From Macrostomum lignano (lineage: Eukaryota): a stretch of 64,000 nt of DNA. How positions within the stretch are numbered: position 1 is the first letter of the stretch; every line of letters starts with the position of its first letter. The notes under the pieces were generated by a model, which saw only the letters and a program-made list of their open reading frames with translations, searched no databases and was not told the origin of the DNA. The position numbers were made by a program, and so were the translations under genes. Location: NCBI GenBank assembly GCA_002269645.1, contig NIVC01000014.1:186001-250000 (forward strand), given 5' to 3'. Shown here in pieces: positions 1 through 8,876 of this stretch.

Positions 1-1
1 T

Positions 2-337
2 GTTATCTGTCACTTTTAGTTGTGATTGATGTGGTTGTGATTGTTGTTGTGATTGTTGTGGTTGCGGTTGTGTCTGTGGTTGCGGTTGTATCTGTGGTGC
101 TTCTGGAATTTTACCCAAAACCTTTTGCACTTGGGTTTCCTGTATGTCGTCGATAGTTTCTTTGACCTGATCAATATTTTTCTTAGCTTCTCCATACCCG
201 GGCTTATGAAACTCTGTGGCTGCTTGGACAAACTCATTGTAGGATTGTTGCTCCTTATTTATTAGCCCGGTAACTCGTTTCTCAGCTTGTGCTAGCTTCT
301 CCAATTCAGATATCTGCTGTGTACTTTTTCGCTTCAT
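2..337 (-). CDS. Partial ORF of the viral element, open at the window edge and absent from the ORF track; charged N-terminus then Gln/Pro-rich tract
   Basis: ATG at 337 reads MKRKSTQQISELEKLAQAEKRVTGLINKEQQSYNEFVQAATEFHKPGYGEAKKNIDQVKETIDDIQETQVQKVLGKIPEAPQIQPQPQTQPQPQQSQQQSQPHQSQLKVTDN with no stop for 112 codons. It lies 30 bp from the divergent capsid ATG. Confidence 0.7.
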   Translation of the reverse strand, partial: MKRKSTQQISELEKLAQAEKRVTGLINKEQQSYNEFVQAATEFHKPGYGEAKKNIDQVKETIDDIQETQVQKVLGKIPEAPQIQPQPQTQPQPQQSQQQSQPHQSQLKVTDN

Positions 338-367
338 TTCTTATTTTATTTTATTTTTAGTTAAAAA

Positions 368-1654
368 ATGAACGACCCACTGACACCAGTTTTCTACAAG
401 ATTAACAAGCCTATTTTGAGTGATGATAGCACAATCAAAGCGACTCAGGTAAGAGTTCCCAGTCAGGAAAATCAGAATGAAACTAATCTTGGTCCTGGTC
501 AAACACTGACATTTACATACAATGGATGTTCGTCTCTGGTTAGTGTGCACAGTCTTAAGAGCGGCTTCCATATGACATTTCAATTCAAGACAAAAGGTGG
601 TGCGGATGCGGCTCGTGCTAACGTTGACAAGCATGATGCGGATGTGGCTCTGATCAGTAACTTTTGGGCGTACATGTTCAAGGAGTTTAGTGTATCGAAT
701 GGGAGCACAGAGTTGGAGCGAATCGCCAACTTTGGAATTGTCTATGACGCTCATTGTTTGATCGAGAATCCTGATTTTATTCAATTGGGAAGTGGTGCGG
801 GTTTTATTGCAGACGAAAAAGAAGGAGATATCAATGACAGTGGTTATAAAAATAGGAAGAAGAGATACAACTATGCATTGCAAGGTGCTGATGATGCTGC
901 TAAGAACCCGCTGTATCGGTCTGTTGATGTATTTGTACCATTGAGATTCATGAGTGGATTCTGTAATACATTTAATCGACTGACTAGTAACTTTAGCTAC
1001 ACATTTAGACTGACTAGAGATGATCGCAGTAGAGTGTTGTGGACTGGGGCGGACCACACTGGGATGGCTGTGAAGCTAACCGGAATCGAGCTGTATTTGG
1101 AAGTCATTGAGCCAAAGACTGCACTAAAAGCGGATTATCTCAAGGCAATAGAGAAGGACATTGATGTTGCATACACGGCCTACATGTGTCGAGATGAGCG
1201 AAACGAAACTAGAACAAACATCTGCATTAAAGAGGGATCATGCAGCAATCCAAGGTATATCATTATTAATATGAGAAACCCAAATAGCATTATACGCTAC
1301 ATGCATGGAGACGTGCGGTCCATTCAGCATGAAATCAGTGATAATCTTTACCCTGCACTGCCACAAAATGGAGATTTCAGTCAGAACAAGATTAGCAAAT
1401 TTTACAGCGAGTTGGTCGACTTGGCTGTGAAAGAGAACAATGGAATTGCTATCACTGCTCTTCAATATGGAACTCTATATCCGATGTTTGGCGCTGATGT
1501 GTCTGCCAGACAAATGCCTACTGATAACAGCCCTGTGAATATCGTGACTAACATTGAGAGGACTGCCGCAACACCCGTGGACTTGTACATTATCTATGCA
1601 TTTGAGAGGAAGGTGAAGCTTAACATGATCAACAATTCATCCAGTAAAGTTTAA
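368..1654 (+). CDS. Polinton/adintovirus-type major capsid protein (double jelly-roll, hexon-like), 428 aa
   Basis: Intronless intact ORF. Motif order matches Polinton MCPs as recalled: LISNFWAYMFKE..NG.ELER..NFGI, VPLRFMSGF, PRYIII, YPALPQNGDF, YPMFGADVS. It is adjacent to a minor capsid gene. Confidence 0.8.
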   Translation: MNDPLTPVFYKINKPILSDDSTIKATQVRVPSQENQNETNLGPGQTLTFTYNGCSSLVSVHSLKSGFHMTFQFKTKGGADAARANVDKHDADVALISNFWAYMFKEFSVSNGSTELERIANFGIVYDAHCLIENPDFIQLGSGAGFIADEKEGDINDSGYKNRKKRYNYALQGADDAAKNPLYRSVDVFVPLRFMSGFCNTFNRLTSNFSYTFRLTRDDRSRVLWTGADHTGMAVKLTGIELYLEVIEPKTALKADYLKAIEKDIDVAYTAYMCRDERNETRTNICIKEGSCSNPRYIIINMRNPNSIIRYMHGDVRSIQHEISDNLYPALPQNGDFSQNKISKFYSELVDLAVKENNGIAITALQYGTLYPMFGADVSARQMPTDNSPVNIVTNIERTAATPVDLYIIYAFERKVKLNMINNSSSKV

Positions 1655-1674
1655 ATATTTTTTTAGGACAAAAA

Positions 1675-2538
1675 ATGGAAGCTATAGCCGAAAGACTAAA
1701 CAACATTGTTTCACACTCTAAGGAGAGCATTCCTATTACAATAACCGGGCGAATTAATGACTCAAACGGGATATTTGTTGAAAAATTAGAGCAGGCGATT
1801 CGCCTGGATCCTGGCGCTAATTACCATGTCTATCTTAACGACTTCACTGGTTGGTCAAACGTTCCCAATGTGATGGCAGCAAATAATAAGTTTTATTACA
1901 AATGGAAAGGTGCAGCAGCAGACCCTGTGGTATTCCATGTGAGCACGCAAAGTGTGGATACCTACAATAACTTTCTAGAAAATGTCTTTACTAAGAGAGG
2001 CCATTTTGAGACACCTGATGCGAGTAAGCCAGAGAAGAAACTGTTCCCTGTCAAACTAACCTATGATCTCACTGTAATGAGAGTGGTCATGCAAGTTCAC
2101 AAAGATGCGGAGGTTGAGTTTAAAGATGACACTTGGTATAGGGAACTGGGATTCGAGAAGAAAGTTTATAAGGCAGAATCCGCGGCGCGGACCGCCACTC
2201 AAGCATCGGGGACCGTTAAAATGGCCCGGGAAAACGTAAGCGGTTTGTTCTTAGCACCCAATATTGCAGACATTGTAAAGGGTTTGAATATTCTAATCAG
2301 AAGTAATCTCAGTCTTGATTGGGTATTTAAGGGAAAGCGAACTAATATTTTGTACAACATCTCCAACTCTGTAGCTGGAGGACAGATGGTGGTAGAGAAA
2401 CCAAATCCAGTGAAAAGAGTTGTATTGAGTAATAAGGAGATTCACGAGATTGTGCTACAGTTTGAGACTGAAGATGGGATGGGTGTTGATTTCAACGGTG
2501 AAGAGTTTGTATTGACGTTGATCATTGAGAGAATGTGA
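1675..2538 (+). CDS. Polinton/adintovirus-type minor capsid protein (penton-like), 287 aa
   Basis: Intronless intact ORF 20 bp after the MCP stop. Shows NVPNV...NNKFYY and the C-terminal DIVKGLNILIRSNL...GQMVVEKP...IHEIVLQFETEDGMGVDFNGEEFVLTL pattern typical of Polinton pentons. Confidence 0.8.
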   Translation: MEAIAERLNNIVSHSKESIPITITGRINDSNGIFVEKLEQAIRLDPGANYHVYLNDFTGWSNVPNVMAANNKFYYKWKGAAADPVVFHVSTQSVDTYNNFLENVFTKRGHFETPDASKPEKKLFPVKLTYDLTVMRVVMQVHKDAEVEFKDDTWYRELGFEKKVYKAESAARTATQASGTVKMARENVSGLFLAPNIADIVKGLNILIRSNLSLDWVFKGKRTNILYNISNSVAGGQMVVEKPNPVKRVVLSNKEIHEIVLQFETEDGMGVDFNGEEFVLTLIIERM

Positions 2539-2811
2539 GAAAATGCGTTCCCTTTTAAGTATGCTTGCAGAGAATAGAGTGGTATGAAAAAATGCGCGCA
2601 TGTGTACTCAAAATCTCTTACCCCATTCTGACAGGTTGTGGGCGCGGGCGTCGCGTGTGTGGGGGAGAGGGGAGTGTATGTATGTGGGCGCAGCGCGCGT
2701 GGGGGAGAGAGATTTTCACTTTAACTGAGCCCAGCCGAGGAAGAATTCCGTCTCGAGGGAAGGCCAGAATGCAAACGATTTCGGCCTCGCGCAAGGCCAA
2801 AATGAAAAGGG

Positions 2812-2920
2812 TTTTGGCCTTTTGGCCTTTTGGCCTTTTTGGCCTTTTGGCCTTTTGGCCTTTTTGGCCTTTTGGCCTTTTGGCCTTTTGGCCTTTTGGC
2901 CTTTTGGCCTTTTGGCCTTT
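2812..2920. repeat. (TTTTGGCC)13 octamer array preceded by a 10-bp perfect stem-loop
   Basis: 13 GGCC cores at 2816-2914. Stem AAGGCCAAAA (2793-2802) pairs with TTTTGGCCTT (2812-2821) around a 9-nt loop. Confidence 0.95.
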
Positions 2921-2926
2921 CAGTTT

Positions 2927-3169
2927 TTAACGCAATTGCTTAATGATTTCTGCAAAGTTATAGTAGCTGTCGTAATCTTTTACGTAGGTTACTCCATACT
3001 TATGAAACCAGTGTCTTTGGAGAGCTAGATTAATATTAGGGACATTGATATCAACGTTGGGCCAATATTTTCTCATGTACTCGCTGCATTCAAGTTTGCA
3101 TTGGTACTTGGATTTGTACAATGGATTAGGCTGAGTATAATAAGAACCTGGAGAGACAACTGGAAACAT
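2927..3169 (-). CDS. Small Tyr-rich orphan ORF (80 aa), probably viral
   Basis: Same AAAAA-ATG start context as both capsid genes. Stop codon lies 6 bp from the octamer array. No recognised motif. Confidence 0.5.
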   Translation of the reverse strand: MFPVVSPGSYYTQPNPLYKSKYQCKLECSEYMRKYWPNVDINVPNINLALQRHWFHKYGVTYVKDYDSYYNFAEIIKQLR

Positions 3170-3395
3170 TTTTTAGAGAAAATTTAATTTTTTTTCAAAG
3201 GGTAAGGACCCTGGGTTAGGGGATTTAAAGTTTTAGGGATCTGGTTTCGCCGCTTCGGATTGAATGTGGGCCCCATGGGGAGAAGAATGCAGATTTTTTT
3301 TTTCTGATTGTTTCGAAGATGCTATGGGTGGATGTCAGTGGATTATGTCAGTGTCAGTGAACATAACAGGTGTTAGTGGAAATCTGTTATGCACT

Positions 3396-3692
3396 GATTC
3401 TGTCAGGGATAATATGGATGGATTTAATACGATTATGTTCGAAGTTTTCGGAGCAAGTGCGACCCCTCCACTTTTTCATGATTCTGTCGGGGATAATATG
3501 GATGGATTTAATGGGATTATGGAGGACGTTTTGTGAGCGAGTGCGACCCCCCTTTTTTTCTGATTCTGTCAGGGATAATATAGATGGATTTAATGGGATT
3601 ATGGAGGACGTTTTCGGAGCGAGTGCGACCCCCCTTTTTTTCTGATTCTGTCAGGGATAATATGGATGGATTTAGGTGGATTATGGAGGAGG
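3396..3692. repeat. About 3.5 tandem copies of an 82-84 bp unit
   Basis: GATTCTGTC(A/G)GGGATAATAT recurs at 3396, 3480, 3562 and 3644. Confidence 0.9.
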
Positions 3693-4479
3693 TGAAAAAT
3701 TTTGTCCCAGAAGCCCCCTCATGCCTTCTACTTACCGTTGAAAAAATGAAATTCCTACAATGTACTTTATTGTATTATAGACATAAAAATAACACAAGTA
3801 AATACGTAAATATGGATAGATATGCATAGATAAGTGGTGCTTCCTACCGCGGTGGTAGGAAAAAAGAATATAATCCAGAAACAGAAGGGTAAAAAAGGAA
3901 CAGAAGAACACAGAAGAAGGAAACGCAGGGCAGTGGCAGACTCGCTGCCTATCAAGTGGGCTAGCAGAATTAGTGCAATCGACTGACTGCAAGCAAGAAT
4001 CCAAGAAGTTGAACAGTGGTGAGTTAGTATCCAGGGCCGCCGCTTGTGGGTGCAGTAGAAGGTTGGAGAGAATATGATGGAGAAAAATGTTTCTTTGACC
4101 TTGCGGAAGAGCCAGAAGGAGAGAGAGATAAGTGTTTTTTGTTTCCACCAGAAGAAAAATAGGAAATCCTTATCTTTCTAAGAATTCTAGAAAGTATAAC
4201 ACTTCTTCTATTAGCTTTTAATGGTTAATTACCAATTTTTAACTTTTATTTAACGCCGCAAAGTATGGTTTATTTCATAGCTTCGAGTTATTTATTTTAC
4301 AACACAATAGTCACAACGAAGCGTAACTTAAAGCGGAATTTTATTTACAAAAGTATTTTTTTACTTTTTTTGAGAATAATATTAGTAAAATTTGGTAGAT
4401 TCTACTTACACCAATTAATCAGTAGGATAGTTAGCGTTTTTTTGTTATTATTAAAAGCAGAATTCAGTTTCCAGTTGAT

Positions 4480-7164
4480 TCAACGAAAATAGCCAGGATT
4501 AAAGGTGACCCAGTGCGCCTTATCCTGCGCCTTGGCCTCCTTCGAACTGGTTAACAGGGACTTCAGTGCCGCCGAAGCCTTCGGGTTGTTTTGAATGCTG
4601 CTGCCACTTGGACGAGCAATCTTTGAACCGGTTGATGAAGCAGAAGCAGATTCTGCTGGTTGCTGCTTTCGCTTTGCAGCAGCGGGAGCAGCAGCGGCAG
4701 ACTTGGACGATTTATTACTTTTTGATTCCTGCCTGAGTTTGCGTTTCCTAGCAACCATAGCCTCGCTAGCGGCGGCAACTTCAGCGTCCGTGGCAGGATT
4801 GAGAACAATCAAATCTGACATGGCGTCAGGCTGCTGACAGGACGGGCAGGCCAGCGACTGCCTATTTGGTGCGGACTTCAGCAGCTGGTCAACGGCTTTC
4901 TCGGCCAGCGCGCAGCCGCAGGACCAGGGGAACACGAAACGGAACCGGCCGTTCATCTCCACGCCGGACAGGGGGCAGGCGAACAGGCTGGCGGCCGAAG
5001 CAGCGGCAGCACCAGCGCCTGCGGCGGATGATGAAGCAGCTTTCTCCTGGTTGTTGGGAGGCGGGGAGGCGAATTTTAGAATGTTACTCCTTTTTTAAAC
5101 TTGCGAATCAAGTATGTCAGATTCCCCTTAAAATCCCATAATTCTCAGATTCCCCATAAAATCCCATAGTTCTCAGATTCCCCATAAATCCCATAGTTCT
5201 CAGATTCCCCATAAAATCCCATAATTCTCAGATTCCCCATAAAATCCCATAGTTCTCAGATTCCCCATAAAATCCCATAATTCTCAGATTCCCCATAAAA
5301 TCCCATAGTTCTCAGATTCCCCTTAAAATCCCATAATTCTCAGATTCCCCATAAAACCCCATAGTTCTCAGATTCCCCATAAAACCCCATAATTCTCAGA
5401 TTCCCCATAAAACCCCATAATTCTCAGATTCCCCAAAAAACCCCATAATTCTCAGATTCCCCAAAAAAACCCCATAATTCTCAGATTCCCCATAAAACCC
5501 CATAATTCTCAGATTCCCCATAAAACCCCATAATTCTCAGATTCCCCATAAAATCCCTTAATTCTCAGATTCCCCATAAAACCCCATAATTCTCAGATTC
5601 CCCTTAAAATCCCATAGTTCTCAGATTCCCCATAAAATCCCATAGTTCTCAGATTCCCCATAAAATCCCATAGTTCTCAGATTCCCCATAAAATCCTATA
5701 ATTCTCAGATTCCCCTTAAAATCCCATAGTTCTCAGATTCCCCATAAAATCCCATAGTTCTCAGATTCCCCATAAAATCCGATAGTTCTCAGATTCCCCA
5801 TAAAATCCCATAGTTCTCAGATTCCCCATAAAATCCCATAATTCTCAGATTCCCCTTAAAAGCCCATAATGGTCTGTTTCCCTTAAAATCCCATAATTCT
5901 TGGATTCCCCTTAGAAGCCCATAATTCTCTGATTCCCTTGAAATCCTATAATTCCCAGTTTCCCCTTAAAAGCCCATAATTCTAGACATTCTTGAGGGTG
6001 AAATTTAAACCGCAAAACGCTCTGAATCTTAAAATCTCACAGCCTTGGTGATCTTCATAATAATAATAATTGATTACACTTGCCCCGATGGGAAGACTTG
6101 CAACCTATATTACGCCACACACACCCTCAATTACCCCAGCTAATGCTGGCACCCATTTTACAGCTGGGTGAACTGAAGCAATGCAGAGTTAAGTGTCATG
6201 CTCAAGGACACACATTGTTCCAGTGGGATAGGGAATCGAACCCCCGACCTTCAAGTCGCGAGTCCGAAGCTCTAAACACTAGGCTACAACTGTCTCCAGT
6301 TGGATCGGGAATCGAACCCCCGACCTTCAAGTCGTGAGTCCGAAGCTCTAAACACTAGGCTACAACTGTCTCCAGTGGGATCGGGAATCGAACCCCCGAC
6401 CTTAAGTCGTGAGTCCTAAGCTCTAAACACTAGGCTACAACTGTCTCCAGTGGGATCGGGAATCGAACCCCCGACCTTAAGTCGCGAGTCCGACGCTCTA
6501 AACACTAGGCTACAACTGTCTCCAGTGGGATCGGGAATCGAACCCCCGACCTTAAGTTGCGAGTCCGACGCTCTAAACACTAGGCTACAACTGTCTCCAG
6601 TGGGATCGGGAATCGAACCCCCGACCTTAAGTCGCGAGTCCGACGCTCTAAACACTAGGCTACAACTGTCTCCAGTGGGATCGGGAATCGAACCCCCGAC
6701 CTTAAGTCGCGAGTCCGACGCTCTAAACACTAGGCTACAACTGTCTCCAGTGGGATCGGGAATCGAACCCCCGACCTTCAAGTCGCGAGTCCGACGCTCT
6801 AAACACTAGGCTACAACCCCCCTCATTAATCTTCATATCCTTTCATTAAAAAACCTCGCAGAATTACCTGTCCCTCCGGATTATCAGCCAGTTTAAGCTC
6901 GCGCAAGTCCCGCAACGAGCGGATATGCTCGAACGCGCCGCTAGTGCCGTATTTCTCTCTGTCGAGCAGGAACTCCAGAGCGGCAGTCTTGTTGTACATC
7001 CGACCAAGATGACAGGCTACTATTGGCCGGTTGAGCAGCTCCTGAGACAGCTGGCAGTGTCTCCATCTGGCGGCCAATTCAGCCTCCTTGGCCACCTGTT
7101 CGGGTTTCTGGCGACTGCGCACCAGTTCGATTCGTTTCGGTATGCTGCCTCCGTCTCCGCCCAT
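4480..7164 (-). CDS. RTF2: Replication termination factor 2; exons 7164-6868 and 5046-4480 (287 aa)
   Basis: MGGDGGSIPKRIELV, WRHCQLSQELLNRPIVAC.LGRMYNK, FACPLSGVEMNGRFRFVF..SCGC and C-terminal HWVTF match the Rtf2 family. Phase-0 GT-AG intron 6867-5047. Confidence 0.95.
5130..5980. repeat. 28-bp minisatellite in the RTF2 intron
   Basis: Unit TTCCCCATAAAA(T/C)CCCATA(A/G)TTCTCAGA, about 28-30 copies, decaying on the right. Confidence 0.95.
6058..6300 (-). mobile_element. tRNA-derived SINE, copy 1
   Basis: Minus strand shows an A-box-like TAGCCTAGTGTTTAG, B box GGTTCGATTCC, body GACACTTAACTCTGCAT...TTAGCTGGGGTAATTGA shared with 51305-51490, and an (ATT)n tail. Confidence 0.8.
6231..6815 (-). 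repeat. Eight tandem 75-76 bp copies of the SINE tRNA-like head
   Basis: GGGAATCGAACCCCCGACC starts at 6231, 6307, 6383, 6458, 6533, 6608, 6683 and 6758. Confidence 0.95.
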
Positions 7165-7380
7165 GGCATGGAAAGTACACACGGGTGCAAATGAGACGCA
7201 AATGCACGTAGGTATAGGAGGCAGGATTAAATAGCTATATTACTCGTAAACTCACTTGACGTGTTAATCTTATAAACAGGTAACAAGATCGATGGGTCAG
7301 AAGTGAGTTCTGGGTCAGCGGTATGAGATCAGATAGGTCGGTGAGGGTGGTACATGTAGATGGGTCAAGGTAAAAAACTG

Positions 7381-8375
7381 GAGATGGTTCAAGCATGGGA
7401 ATGGCAGATGGGTCAAGCATGGGAGGGGCAGATGGGTCAAGCATGGGAATGGCAGATGGGTCAAGCATTAAATGGCAGATGGGTCAAGCATGGGAATGGC
7501 AGATGGGTCAAGTGTGGGAATGGCAGATGGGTCAAGCATGGGAATGACAGATGGGTCAAGCAAGGGAATGACAGATGGGTCAAGCATGGGAATGGCAGAT
7601 GGGTCAAGCAAGGGAATGACAGATGGGTCAAGCATGGGAATGGCAGATGGGTCAAGCATGGGAGGGGCAGATAGGTCAAGCATGGGAATGGCAGATGGGT
7701 CAAGCATAAAATGGCAGATGGGTCAAGCATGGGAATGGCAGATGGGTCAAGTGTGGGAATGGCAGATGGGTCAAGCATGGGAATGACAGATGGGTCAAGC
7801 AAGGGAATGACAGATGGGTCAAGCATGGGAATGGCAGATGGGTCAAGCATAAAAATGGCAGATGGGTCAAGCATGGGAGGGGCAGATGGGTCAAGCATGG
7901 GAATGGCAGATGGGTCAAGCATAAAAATGGCAGATGGTTCAAGCATGGGAATGGCAGATGGGTCAAGCATGGGAGGGGCAGATGGGTCAAGCATGGGAAT
8001 GGCAGATGGGTCAAGCATAAAATGGCAGATGGGTCAAGCATAAAATGGCAGATGGGTCAAGCATGGGAATGGCAGATGGGTCAAGTGTGGGAATGGCAGA
8101 TGGGTCAAGTATGGGAATGACAGATGGGTCAAGCAAGGGAATGACAGATGGGTCAAGCATGGGAATGGCAGATGGGTCAAGCATGGGAATGGCAGATGGG
8201 TCAAGTGTGGGAATGGCAGATAGGTCAAGCATGGAATGGCAGATGGGTCAAGTGTGGGAATGGCAGATGGGTCAAGCATGGGTCAAGTGTGGGAATGGCA
8301 GATAGGTCAAGGGTGGGAATGGCAGATGGGTCAAGGATGGGATTGGTAGATGAGTCAGGGACTGGAATGGCAGAT
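7381..8375. repeat. 24-bp minisatellite (ATGGCAGATGGGTCAAGCATGGGA)
   Basis: About 40 copies between RTF2 and RSRC2-like; source of the MADGSSMG pseudo-ORFs. Confidence 0.95.
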
Positions 8376-8876
8376 ATGAGAGATAGCTTAAGCCTGCCTC
8401 TATGACTAGCAGATTTGAACAATAGGGATAATAAGTCTTAGGTCCATAATAGGTACAAAATTTCCAAATAATAATACACAAGACAAAGTCCGATGTTACA
8501 CCCATTTATTAATACGTGGGGTTGGTGACTCTAGCAATAATCTTCGTTTTAGTTTTAGTCATAATTAATTAAATATTTTAATGCAATGAGCTGAATAAGA
8601 TAGAATGTAACACCATAAACTTAATGATCGAGAAACAACAGACATGGATTAAATTTCTTTTAAACAGATTGTTTTAAACAGCAACTTAGTAATGTATATA
8701 CAAAATGCAAAGCACTAGTCGACTTTAAAACTGAAAAACGGTAAAAATTTACTTAATTCAGTCAACAAACTTAAGGAGAATAAAATACTTTTCCTAAGCA
8801 ATTTCAGATCGTATTCCACATTGACACTGAGCACTGTCTCTGACACCTGAGCATCTCATTATGTAACAAATTTGAA

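Larger units (their letters stand above)
1..3700. mobile_element. Right-hand part of an endogenous Polinton/adintovirus-like virus; right boundary uncertain (about 3700-4200)
   Basis: Compact intronless ORFs with AAAAA-ATG starts, the capsid pair, and repeat-rich non-coding DNA. Polymerase, integrase and ATPase are not in the window, and no TIR/TSD could be verified. Confidence 0.7.

Noticed and set aside
341-1057. 238-aa ORF antisense to the major capsid gene
   Set aside because: It is a shadow frame of the MCP with no recognisable motif.
2565-2930. 121-aa ORF through the octamer array, with an AAAAA-ATG at 2591
   Set aside because: Openness is explained by GC-rich and stop-free repeat sequence, and the product is low-complexity. 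It is not fully excluded.
3732-4148. 138-aa minus-strand ORF
   Set aside because: GTG start, composition mirrors a purine-rich plus strand, and there is no motif.
6231-6815. Cluster of eight real tRNA genes
   Set aside because: The anticodon and acceptor stems pair poorly, and the unit is continuous with a SINE body also present at 51305.
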